Source: Balanoglossus misakiensis
Lineage: Eukaryota > Animalia > Hemichordata
Direction: 5' to 3'
DNA: 64,000 nucleotides
Assembly (NCBI GenBank): GCA_040954595.2
Contig: CM082596.2
Span: 7,080,791 to 7,144,790, forward strand
The notes under the pieces were generated by a model. The model saw only the letters and a list, made by a program, of their open reading frames with translations, was not told where the DNA came from and made no database searches. Below, in pieces: positions 40,553 to 54,037 of this stretch (position 1 is its first letter; each line of letters starts with the position of its first letter). The position numbers and the translations under genes were made by a program.

Positions 40553-43500
40553 CTAAGTCAACGAATCTACCGCTTCTACGAGTTGAATAGCCAATGAATA
40601 TTGCACATGGTCTTCGGGTAGTTGGTTCACAATCTGACCAATCAGAATGGCTGTATCTTGGAGTGACGTCTTCCTGTTGCGTAGGTCGTTGCCGTTCTGA
40701 AAGCAGGCAAGAAAAATGGAATTCACAAAACTCACCCGTCTTAAGGCAGAATCTTAATGAGAACCTCAAAAGTTACACCTTGTAACTTTGTGTGTCAATC
40801 ATAGGGTTATTCACAAAATACAGCCCTCTATAGACAAGGTATGTGACGCATTGGACTAGCCATTTTTAGTGGACGGGATACAAGGATAGCATTTCTGTGC
40901 TGTCATCATTTTTCATGTCTGCCCAACCATGATCTGTGATTCCAACAAAGACTTATTTCTCTTTGAGACAAATGCTGATTGCTTAGCCAAACAATGCCCT
41001 CTGTTGTTTGAATTAATGACAATGAACAATATGAAACAAATCTACTTCTATGCAGTCAAACCACTGAAGGAAGGGCTTACCAGGGATCTTATCCATGACA
41101 TCAAAGATGGCGGAAGACGGGAGAGTTTTTCCAGATTCCTCGCTTCCGGGTTGACGACTTCGTGCGACAATCGCTGTCCAACGATCTGTAACAACTGACT
41201 GCCCATCTCGGCGTGTTCGTGTACGGTCGACAGCACCTGGAGTTGTGGGACAGACAGGACAGATTCGTGAATGAATACTTGACGGTTAGAGACAATGATG
41301 CACCACCTTACAGCTACGTACCATCTAACCAAGATATTGAGTTTTTTTTACAGGTTGTCGTTTGAACTCTGAACTTTTTTTTCTCTGAATATGTAATGCA
41401 TTTCACTCACAATATGTAACTGCAAGAAGTTATTACTACTGCAGAATATAACTTACATCATATGCATGATGGCAAACATTTTTTTTACTTTCATCATACT
41501 CCTGGGTGCAGCTGTAATATCACATGTATTGCCTGGCAATCGTCTGCCATAATATCCAAGTACAGTACTGATGGCTATCTCTTGTGGAAATTTTGTGGAA
41601 ATGTCCGAGTGTGCCTTACATATACACAAATGTACCAAACATAGGACAACAGAGTGGCCTGTAGGATTCTCTCATGGAGTTGACACATCACATTGCTTTG
41701 CTCTGTTAAAGGTATACAGTCACCTCCAATTTACATATGCCCATATATGGTTGAAATGGCGTATCTGAGTGTTCTAAAGAACATATGAGGGCGCTTTTTT
41801 TCGTGTGTACCACCCACTGAAAATCTGTGATTGGCTAGATCTCAATTTGCCATGGTAACTATAGCTAATTTTCCATAGGTGACCGTATACCTTTAAACAT
41901 CACAGTGACTTTCTCTGAATAAAAGATCTGGAAAACACAAACCTCCTGGGCCATGTTATCGTATCCACTGCTGTAAAGCTGACAGACATAATGCCTCTTC
42001 AACATATCGACGTCCACGTCGAAGGCCAGCCCGAGCTGTAGCACTGTGTTGGGCCATTCCATTGTGACGTGGGTAGTGTTGGCATTTGCCGTGAGGGGGA
42101 GGTCGCTGACTGCCGCTGTGATGATCCTGCACAAAATCTGTGAAAAACAAAAATTGCATGTATGATGTACATAATCCATTTCACAGCGATACCAAGAAAC
42201 TACCAGTACATGTATCTAGAGCAATATTAAATTCAGGAAAAGTTAAAATGAACAGTAGCTGAAATTGTTGATAATGCTAGCCGTCTTTTATTAGGGTTGT
42301 ACTTTCCTCTTAAAATAATCCCCCTGCCCAAAATAAAATCCTCTTCATTATTATTATAATTAATACGGATGCATCTACTATTAAGATTGTGTAGTACTGT
42401 AAAACGTGGTCTGAAAACCCTTACCTGTTGTCTTGAGCTCAGCAAACTGACATCAATCTCATGAGTTGGCAGGGGCGGACTGCAGTTCAAGTCTTTAAAG
42501 AGTGCATTTCTTCCCTTGGAATCGAACAGCAACAATGGTTTGACGGATTTCAATGCGAAGGCCATCACAGCGTGTAGAATTGTGCACAGCTGTCGGTGTA
42601 GGTCGACCAGTGAATAGTTACACGGTGGCTGGTTGGCGGCCAGCTCTGCTATGGACGCGGGACCTTCGATCTTCTGCCATTTGTCTTCGATGCTGAATCC
42701 AGGAACCATGGACGATTCAACCTCTATCTGCAATTAGAAAAATATCGCAAAGGATTTTAAAACAGATATACAAATGTAGCTAATTATTATACTTTTTCTT
42801 AGCTGAGAATACGGCCCCACTATCTGCTAATATGGCCAACTGTTTTACCGAATGGCTGACTTTTTTCAGCAGCTAACTTGCCACCACCTTCCCTTCCACC
42901 TACACCCTGTCGGGTGTATTTCGCTTACCTGGTATATCTTCAGCAAAAGATCGCAGACAAGACCAAGAAAACTGGTCAAAGCCACATCACTCATACCAAC
43001 ATCCTGTAAGACGGAAATGGAATAGTGTAGGCGACAGCATAAAAAACCATGTCGCTGTTCCCTACATCTGATTTTAATCAGATTGATGTACATGTATCAT
43101 ATCAAACTTCACAAGGAATCATGAAACAACCGTAAGACCAAACAGTCAACAATTCTCAAATTCTGCCTGGATGAGCAATGAAAATACAAAGGAATTATTT
43201 TAACATGATTTGTAACCCCAGTATTTAAGCCTCTTGGCATTCAAAGCATAATTCCATGGCAAAGACATTCTTATCATTCTTGATTTGCAGCCGCTAAAAT
43301 GTTCAAATCAAACCTTTTCCTGCAGGAATTTAGTAAAAAGACCATAACGTTACCTTTCTGCAAAGTCTGTCTTTGGGTATTTTCCCAACTTTGGTCATCA
43401 GATACGCCGCAGCTGAAACCTTCTTCACCAGGAAGGTATGCCACATCATGTAACATATACCTGCGATTTTCATTACAAAAATTGATAGTTGTAAATTTTA

Positions 43501-44795
43501 AAAGAGAAAAGTCACTTTCCATTATATACTAGTATTTTGACATTTAATTTTCTATTTAAAAAAATATTAACTACCAAGTGAATGCTAAACATGCCTGGGA
43601 ATAAAAGTTGAGTATGTACAGACGGACTACTTACCGTGTTGCAAAACTGCATTTCTGATGAAATTCAGGTGTATCAGCGCTTGCTGTAAATACAGTGTAA
43701 CCTGCCAACGTCACAAGAACAGAAATATGAGTCTAGATCTACTGATACTTGTACAAGTTACGGCCATAAACATAGGTGTTGATTCAAGGAGAACTTCACT
43801 ATCGTTGCATAAAATTTGTGATATTTTTTTGTGTCCTTGTAATTATAAAGCTGTCTGGATAATTCATCAGATGAGTGTTACATTCACAATCATTCCAGCA
43901 TACTGTAAGACACTTCTCAACTGGTATGGCGTCTTAGTACAGCTTTGTGAACGGTATCACTCTAACACAGTCTACACAAACCATGTATCACAGACACTAC
44001 CGCAAATACAAATGAGCCTCCGTAGCCATCCTTACCTCAGGGTTTTTATTCCACAGTACCACGTACTGCCACGTGCAATGCGAATACAGTAAATCTGGTT
44101 CTAAACTGATGGGAAATCTCACTCGCAATCCTGACAGAATACCTGTTGAAAAGTCATTCAAGGAAATTAAATTTAAAAATACACTGTAATCTATTTCCAG
44201 CAAAGCTGTTCCACAAAGTGTGGATTTGTTACTAATAATTTATTAAGACAATGTCTAAAAGTACAAACTTGATCAACCCCTTTCACCACCATGATTTGGT
44301 CCAACTCCATTGTTTTCAATATCAATGCTGGACCTTTGTACACAGAAATGGGGGTGGAAGGGTTAAGATGATACGCATTGGTTACCGAAAATGAGGCGAG
44401 TGAACACTGCACAAAAATAATACTGACCCGTTATTCTCTCTTTTTCTTCTCTAGTGAAGGCAGCCTCACAGGTCTCTGTGGCCATGTGAGATGTCTGTCG
44501 GTGCAGAGATCCCTTTGTATAGTGTGTGGTCTCCGCTAACATACTTGCTGGTATGTGATACTTGGAAACCCACTTAGCAACAATTTCAGACACAATACCT
44601 GTTTGACCAAAAGTGTCAATGAAAAGAAGACAGTCAATTCAGTGTTTGAATTTATCAACATTGGTGAAGTTATTTTCTGTAATATCGCTTTAAAGGGTTT
44701 TATTTTTCTATCATATCGAGCAACTTGCCTCTATGACATCTAAGATTGAGTGGTTCAAGTATTTCCTGAATTTCTGTCCAGTGTAGACACACACC

Positions 44796-44844
<49 letters not shown>

Positions 44845-47800
44845 ACACACAAAGCAATTCAGATCACACTCGGGCCATGAAAACACCCAATCACATCAGT
44901 ACAACAGCAAAGACCAGGAATCTCAGTCAGCATTTCCTCAATTTCCAAGTCAAATGATCTCACCTTTGCCACCATGCAGCAGCTTGTCGACAGAGATGTC
45001 GATGTTCTGTAAATTCTCGGTGCTGGTGTACACACTACTGTCTTGACTCGAACTCCAGGCTTTGCTGGCAGCGGTCTCGGCACCTGCAGACGGCTGTGAG
45101 GGGGAAATCAAACAGTTGAGAAAGTTGAGATCTAGCCAATCACAGATTTTCATGGTGTGGCCACACAATAAAAAGTGCATCACCAGATGGGCCATCCCGA
45201 GCAGAAAGGGGTCTTATGGGAGCGCGATACTTATGACCATAAGACCCCTTTTCTGCTTGGGATGGCCCAAATGGTATACATGTATTGAATACTTGGACAC
45301 ACCCCTTTAATCATATACAGTCAAACCTCTCTCTAGTGGCCAGTCAAGGGACTTTCCTAAACTGGCCTTTATAAATTAACACACATGTGAATTGCACAGG
45401 GACTGTAACATAGTGGCCACTATATAGAGGTGACCGCTATATAGGGGTGGCCACTAAGAGGGGTTTGACTGTATGGGTATATGTAAATCAAGGGTTATTG
45501 TATACCTTTAAACCTGTGGTCAAACTAACAAATAACCTCTAGTCTCACCTTGGCTGGTTTGATCATCAAGAGACAACTAAGAGCCGTGAGATCCTGCAAC
45601 TGATCCACCAGTAAATTCCACTGCTCTCCGTCCAACGATACACTGACCCAGTCTTCACTGAACAGCGACTCGGCCGATTTGGATGTCGAGGAACTTTCTG
45701 TCTCGTCAACATCCTTCTCTGTTTCCTCTTCCGGGGTTTGTTTGGTTTCTGCACCCTGTGGGTTCAAAGGCCAAAAAGCAATGTCTTACTTGGTATAAGT
45801 CAAGCCTTGGTCCAATTTGCCAGACCTCGGATCTGCTAACGAGTTACATAGCCACTAAAGCAGCAACAGGTTAGAGGCCCAGCTGGTACCTTTCAATTCA
45901 CACCATCATCAAATTGTAGCACAAGGAAACATGTTTTAACCCTTTCATCCCTCTTCCCTCTTTACAGGTCCAACTTTACCATAGAAAACATGGGTTTGGA
46001 GGACTGAACCATGGTGGTGAAAGGGTTTATATAGGAAGCTGGGCTCCTAAAAATTACAACCAGGCAAACCACTTTGCTTTTCCAAAATTAAGGTATACAT
46101 GTTCTAATATCAGACTCATATCCTGCAGGCAACAACACACGCACAGCAATATGACCAAATGAGCTGGTGATACCAAGTTGTAACCTATTAGCGTCATTCA
46201 ACATGCTGAAAAATATTGCATTATTGGACTATGGAACTCCACAGGTTAAAATTGCAGGAGTGAAACAATGATAGTTAGCCATTATATTACCTTGCCTCCT
46301 TCTCCGGACTGAACCGGAAGCCTCATTACCATGGCAACGCTCCTGGCGACCATGGCAGCCGTGAGTCCAGTGGCAACATCGGTCGCCATGCAGAGCGCAT
46401 CTCGCATCCTTTGCCACCATAGTGATATGGCATCAGCAGCTGGGACGGTCTCGCTTCTATCCACCATCTGAGTAATCTCCATCATCAGATCTTTCAGGTT
46501 GCTAAGCGACATCAAATTATTCAAGAACTCCTTGCTGGACAGCCACAGTTTAAAAAGGATTGACTGAAATGACAAGAATCATAAAATCTCTTTATTAATT
46601 AAGAAAAATATCATCAAACAAATAAATATAAACAAATGCTCTCTGGTTAGCATTGCAAGTTTATGACTGACCATGATTAAATATTAAAACATCGCTTAAG
46701 AGAGAAAAGGCTCACCATCAGTACTTGTGCAGGTAAGCCAAGACTCTTCAGAACCAAACTCAAATCATTGATGGAACTCGATCCAGAGAGAATACTTTTG
46801 AACAAGAAGTCACCTGTGAGGAGACAATAAAAAAAAGATTGTAATAATGTTGTCACACAGTAAAATGTGTTGAAACTGAATGCAGTCAAAAGCTGTCTAT
46901 AGAGGTCAGGCAAGGGACTTTCCCAAACTGGTGGCTTAGTTGTATATATGTCAATTAATGCACATGTAAATTGCTCAGGGACTGTAACAAAGTGGCCACT
47001 ATAAAGACGTGGCCACTGACACAGATTTGACTGTACACACAACCACCCGTACCTAACTGCACTCTATGTTCATCCGGTAGATTGCCATGGAGATGCACTT
47101 CGATCAAATCCGCCTTGTTGTGGGCAAGATCTTCTGAGTACTTGTCGATGTCGTTGTGGTGATATCCGTCCATGTCGAAGCACTGGAGGAAAGCGGAGGG
47201 ATGCATGAGGTCCTGTTCTTCTTGGAAGTGTACTCTGGCCGGACGACTGACCTGCTGGCAGTCGTTGAGGAGATTCAGGAGGTCTTCCACTTCGGATTTG
47301 GTGACATTCAACGCCGAGATGAGAACCTGCGAGGAGATAGTACGGAGAACTGAGACAGTGTTCCCACTAAGGCTGACAGTACTTGCATTGTTTGTTGCCT
47401 GGTCGCACCTTACCACTCTGCTTTTGCGGTGAGATATCAAGTTTTGTGCAATGGTTAATATTGATAGTCATATATCCCTTGCATTTTACAGGATTCAAAC
47501 CTTCTGCATAATTCCAAGTGGCAAGCAAGTTTGCACACAAAACCACAATGCCAAATCTACATCCAAAAAAAGGACAATTCAGTTGCGTAAATGAGCGCAT
47601 CCCTTTTCACATGATCTGAGTACATGTACATCAACATACTGGTATATACACACATATACACATACATACACACACAATAAAACATGCATTAATACATTCA
47701 GAACAATATTTCCATGGCTCAATTGAGCAATAGATAATCATGTTCTACGAATAGCACATGAAAATTAATTGTTACCTGTTCAATACTTTGACTGGCACCA

Positions 47801-50800
47801 CTCTCGTCACTCGTCGATGGCCCCTCCATCTCGCTGATTTTATGAATAGCCCTATAAGCATGCAGCAACTGCAACTGCACGTTGCAATAATGAAGCAGTC
47901 GTCTGCTCTCGTAGCTTCGCTGTTCTGGATCCTGACGAGTGATTTCGTCAGCAACTTCACCGACTATCTTTGTCAGAAACGAGGAATTCAATCGCTTGGA
48001 TTGTAAGATCTTCTCCAGTGCCTACGTAAAGAAAATCATGTGTTCGGGCTTACATCTCAGATCGACACATTGAATTACATGAATATGACATGATTTAACA
48101 ATGTTATGGATCACTACTGTGAAATAGTTATTTCAAGAAGACAAACTGACTGCATGTGATGTTATTACAACTGGCAATAGACTCTGGTTACACTTAGATC
48201 TTCTAGCATGAGGGCCCAGAATCCACAATTCAAAGAAAGAAAATAAGAAAGCAAGGTGGTTTTAAGTTTCAGGGGTGGTCTCTGGATCTTATTGTTGAGA
48301 AAGAAAGATCAACATCAATACCTGTTGTTTGAGAGATGGTATTTTCATATCTAACAGTGTCTGCATCAGAGATTCCTCCCAATTGCCTGAAAAAGAAAAC
48401 AAACACACACTCCCTTGATAAATAGACTACACAGGGGTCGACTGTTGCTTTTTGACCAAACACTTGCATGGAAACTGCATGAATGATGAAATAAACCAAA
48501 TTAGGTGGAAATCAACACATAACATAACAAGCAGCATTCTCAGTAAGCTAAATTGTAATCTATGTGTTCAGCACACAACTGATCATTTCAGAAAATGAAT
48601 TCTTCGATATCAAATGACGTCAGACGCGCTAAGGCAGCAGTTACGTTCGCATTCAAATTTCCAGATGACAGGCAACTTCAACGACGTTGTCCAGACAAAG
48701 ACTGTGCAAACGAAACTCCATGAGGCTGATAAGGCACCATGCCTGATACATGTTGCGTGTCTAGCTACGTCCGACGGTTTTAAAGTAAAAACATACTCGG
48801 AATTTTTTTTACTGGATGCTGAAATATTGCTTGCCCGTCACCTGGAAAGGACAACGCCGTGGGTCACATGGCCAGATCACCTGATTGATAGTAAAGAATT
48901 AAAGGACTCTCCGATTCACCCACCTGTCTGCAAGTCCGTGTGATGAAGGCACGAGGTGATTTTCTTCAGCAGGTGAACGTCTCGTGCCCTCTTGCTGTTC
49001 TTGTCGCTGAGAGCGAGGTGAAAGGGGATCGCGATGACCTTCATCGCTCCGTCCGGTTGAAGCAGGCAAGTCTGGAACAACGGAGGGTGAGCGGACTTGG
49101 CCGTGGTGCCGTTTAAACCCATGATGTAATATCCGGGACACACAAGTCTGTTGGAAGGATTGGTAAAAGACAGGTGTGAATTTGATGTATTTTTGATACA
49201 TGTATTGAGTTCAAAAAGCTGTCTTTGAAGAACCATGTTACAGTGTTTCATCCATACGGGTGGGGGGATTCACTCCGTTAACATGTTGGCACCCCAAGCA
49301 CATTGCCAAGGGGGGAACAGCACCCCTTAAAATGATGTCACTCAGATGTTAGAGATATAACATTCCCCTTTGCCAGAGTGGAATCCCCCCTCCCCCCAAA
49401 TATTCTGGCAAAGGGGGATACTAGAGTCACCATTGTAATACCTGCAAAGTGCAACGAACTGACAATGAAAATGAATTTGAGGTAGTCCAACCAAGGATGT
49501 CTGAACCAAGCCTATCTGCCTTGTGTGCTGTATCTGGAACTAGAAACGGATACCATAGGAGTCATCAGATATCAGAAAACAGACCTGCATGATTTATTGA
49601 CGTTGAAAGCGGCCACCCTGGGCCCTTGCTGAATATTCCACACTTCCAGGATCCCTCTCCGCGGCGCGTAGATGACCAGGAATACCGCACTCCGGGTGTG
49701 CCCTTTGCCTCGGGATTTCACCGACCCTCTCTTGTTCGGCGTCCCGGTCTTGTCGCGTTCGTTTTCAGCCACCTGGATCCACCCGCACTGTGCATCACGA
49801 TAGCCTGGGAATTAGAAACAAATAAATTTGAAGAACAAATATAAAGTTTTAATACCATAGAAAAATATGCATAAACTGAGCAATAATGTATCTACAAAGG
49901 CCAATACACTTTCAATTCATTAGGCAAATACAGTCAAACCTGTGTTAGTGGTGGCAACCTCTATCTAGAGGAAACTTGTCTACAGTGGCCACTTTTTTAC
50001 AGTCCCTGTGCAATTATCATGTGCATTAATTGACCTGTCTATAGAGGCCACCAGTTTAGAAAAATCTCCTGACTGGCCACTATATACAGGTTTGACTTTA
50101 GGCTGCATTGTACACTCACTAGAAACCTGTCTATAATGGCCAGTTTGAGACTTACGCAAGTTTGACTGTGTCACAAAAAGCAGAATCTGTTACAAGTCAA
50201 CTTACCTTTCCAGACTCGGATGGCAACACCCCTGTTGAGATCGATCAATATGACCCGACCAAAACTGTCGTTTGTCGCGGCTAGCGTTCGGCTAGGCGAC
50301 AGGGTGATGTTGTTGCCATAACGACGGAAATCTGGCAGACCAAACCTGAGGGATGGAATCACAAATGAATTTAAGTTGAGCTGATTTATGCATCATTGGT
50401 TATACTGAGAAGATACATACTGGGCATTTAATTTACAAGAAACCATGGTTATAGTACACAGAACAAAAATACTGAAAAAAATAGTTAAAAGTTATAGTAT
50501 TACAGATAGTGGAATTTTTAACCCTTTCACCCCCCAGTTCCCTCTTTAGAGGTCCTACCTGACCATAGAAACAATAAGTTTAGACTAATCCATGGTGGTG
50601 AAAGGGTGAAACTACTTTTTCATTATGATTAGATAGTTGTACATGTACCTTATTCCTAGTGATGTGGCTGGTTCCACTTTAGGTTTCTTCCTTGCACTCG
50701 AATGGTCTTCACCAGGTTTGAAGCCAAACCAGCCACTGCGCAAAGATAATCATATTAACATTACATGAATACATACACAACATCAAAGAGAGTTACGTTC

Positions 50801-53800
50801 CGGTGTTTGGAAGTATGTTACAATCTACATTGCAGGTATACAGTGGATATACAGAAATGCACTGCAACATGTCTGGGAAGCTTCAATGATACTGATAGTG
50901 CAAATCTCTGACATGAAGGGCATTTTTACTTCAGGAAACTTTTCCACTATAACATAATACACTGTGACACTCCAGTATTTGCAAAATCTAGACTTGATCA
51001 AGTTGATGTGAGATCTCACGGTCAGTGTTGTGGTTCATGGCATTTGAGACTGACATACCTACCTTGCAGCTGTAAAGAACGCTGATTTCAGTTTGCTGGC
51101 CACTGCTATGGCAACGTCAGACATCAGTGGTTGTACTGTTCCCTGAAATGACAAATATATTTTCACCATTACATGTACATCATTATAACAACATTGAGTA
51201 ATTTACCGGTAGTAATCTATAATTAGTCAAGGTGTATGTATAGCACTAGACATACACTAGTACATGCAGATTTGGCACAAATCTGTAAACATGAGATGAT
51301 GGAGTCACACATGCACAAACATATGTACATTTTGTACAAATACACATACACAGACAGACAGACAGGCAGGCAGACAGACAGACAGACAAATCTGTTCTTA
51401 CAATGTTCAAAGAACATTATGGATACTCTTCTAACCCAGAAATAAATGTGCTTACTCACAAATAATTCCTGGACCTCGTTGTAAACTCACCTCCAGTGCG
51501 TAGTAGAAACCAACATACGGAGCGAATCCAGCCGTGACGTACTTGGACGCGGCGGGTGGACTGGGCTTCACTACGGCTTTGTAGCCACCAATGATGGAGG
51601 CTGTTGACATCTGGTCAAACGAACAAGGCGTTGTTACACCTGTTGAAAAGTACGGGCAGTGTTATGAACCTTACATACAGAAAAATCACCTTCAAATGTA
51701 CAGTAACTACCGGTAAAATGGATAATGACAGTAAATGTATGTTATGAAAATGGAAAGAGTCAGGGTGCGGCCCACCTGTGCTGACGAAATCATTCTTTTT
51801 CTCTTGATCCTGCAGACTCCATTTTTTGTAGGTTAACGGCGGAGGCTGGATGCAATCACTGCCACTAGCAGCAGCTGAAAAGTAATCAAGTTAGAATTGT
51901 GGCATTGTCATATCTGATTCAACATGCATGTAATAAATATATCGCATAGTTGTTCAACAAACAAACACTGTAAAGGTAATACCGTAGATATATACCAATT
52001 GCATACTGGTTGATTAACCCCGGTTAAGCCATCAAGGAACAGAATATAAATACCAAGATGAGAACTGCAAATCAATGTTTATTTGTTATTTGTCAACAAC
52101 TACAAAGTACAGTAAGAGATGACAATATGTAAAATGATAAAATCTTTCCTGAAAAACCACAAATGTGAATGGTGACTTTATTGCTCTTGCAGTTGCACCA
52201 TCATCCTATGACATTTTTTTCTCTACATCTCAGCGGTCAACTCACCCCTCGCAAACTGGTTCCTACAAGCTCTCAGCGACTGGAACAGACTGAAGCCATC
52301 TATAGTGACCAACACAGTCGGATACAGTATGGTCAACTCTTCCATCTGTTCTGCAATGCCGCTGTGTCTCGGTGTTTCGTACGTCCGACATTTGAATTTC
52401 AGCACCGGTTCCTCGTGCAGTAATTGGGAGATCAGAAGACAGCCGTTCTGGTGGTTAGAAAAAATGGAAGATATACATTTGTAGTTCATTTTCCGTCAGT
52501 TTTGTCGTGTGCCAGTGACTTGAGTGAGTCCTTTATAACCATGAAAAAACAAAAACTACAGGTCAGTTTCAGTCAGACTAGTACATGTAGTTATTTTTTA
52601 ATGATGTAGCCTTCGACACAGCCTTTTTTGAGGAATGATGAAACAATATTTTTTTCTGCCTGAAAACTTGTTGTTGGCATCAAGGACATCACTTATCCAT
52701 ACAGGGTCATAATTTTTTACACACAGACCATACATGACAAAGGAATATGTATTAAGGCATTTATAACTGACCTCTGTGTACATGTGAACACATCCTGAAG
52801 AGAGGCCCACCACGACACATGTCCAATCTGGCCCCCCTTGCGAACTTCTCTTTTGAGATGCCAACGGCACACACATGACACTGCTGATACGCTCACTGCA
52901 AAATCGACAATAGTTAAGAAGTATTATCTGGGAGCCATTTTTCATTGGATTTCATCAGACATTTTGCGACACTTATGTTCTGAACATCTACAATAATACA
53001 GATAAGACATACCACAAACAGGTTGTCAAATTCTTAGACTGGTTTAATTGTTTTCATGAAAACAACAGGAACTGAATAAGTATTAGTTTAATTTTCAGAC
53101 TGACTACAGCATAGACAGATGATGTGTGTAGAATTGTTGATGATAATATCATTATCTATATAGAACAAAATATTAATATATTTGAAGATTAAAGTACATG
53201 TACTGTTACAAGTTGAACAAGTCCCAATAATCTGGTGAAACTCACCCTTCATGAGTATTCAAATTTCCTTTGAACGAAATGTGGTATTTGTTACCATTGC
53301 CGCTACTATCGTCCTCATCCCATTTTTCTTTAGAGAAAAAAGGTAACACCTTTATTAGTAATAGGTTGAAGAAGACTGAAAAGAATTTGGCAAAATTCTG
53401 TCAAAATGGAGATTTTCTGTAGCACAAGTCCTAAATCATCATCGATGAGGAAGTCCCCATTTGGAATTTGTATGATTGTTCAAATTCACCATCATTTTAA
53501 ATTCACATGCAATATCAAGGGCATCAAGTTTTTTACAAAAGAAATCGCCAAAACAGAGAAACACAGCTTACGAGTGAGGAATACAGCTTTTTCTTCGTAA
53601 CTAATAACAAGGATATCGTGCGATGGTGACAAACTTATGCAGCAGTCTTGAAACCAGGATTCTTCAGGGGGTTTGCCACTATCAGTTTCTTCCTTTTCCT
53701 GGTGATCAAAAGAAAGTTTAAAGGTGTGACAATCACTCATTACAGTCATCTATCATCAAGCAGCTTTCCATGTCTGTCTCTTCTAGGGGCATAAGTCAAG

Positions 53801-53820
53801 CACAGTTGTCTTTTCCCCCT

Positions 53821-53910
<90 letters not shown>

Positions 53911-53923
53911 TTGATGATGATGT

Positions 53924-53985
<62 letters not shown>

Positions 53986-53986
53986 T

Positions 53987-54037
<51 letters not shown>

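Noticed and set aside
47327-47440. Upstream part of ORF 46955-47440 as RAB3GAP2 coding sequence
   Set aside because: A pyrimidine-rich acceptor (TCTCCTCGCAG) at 47327 gives an in-phase exon. The upstream open stretch is most likely intron.
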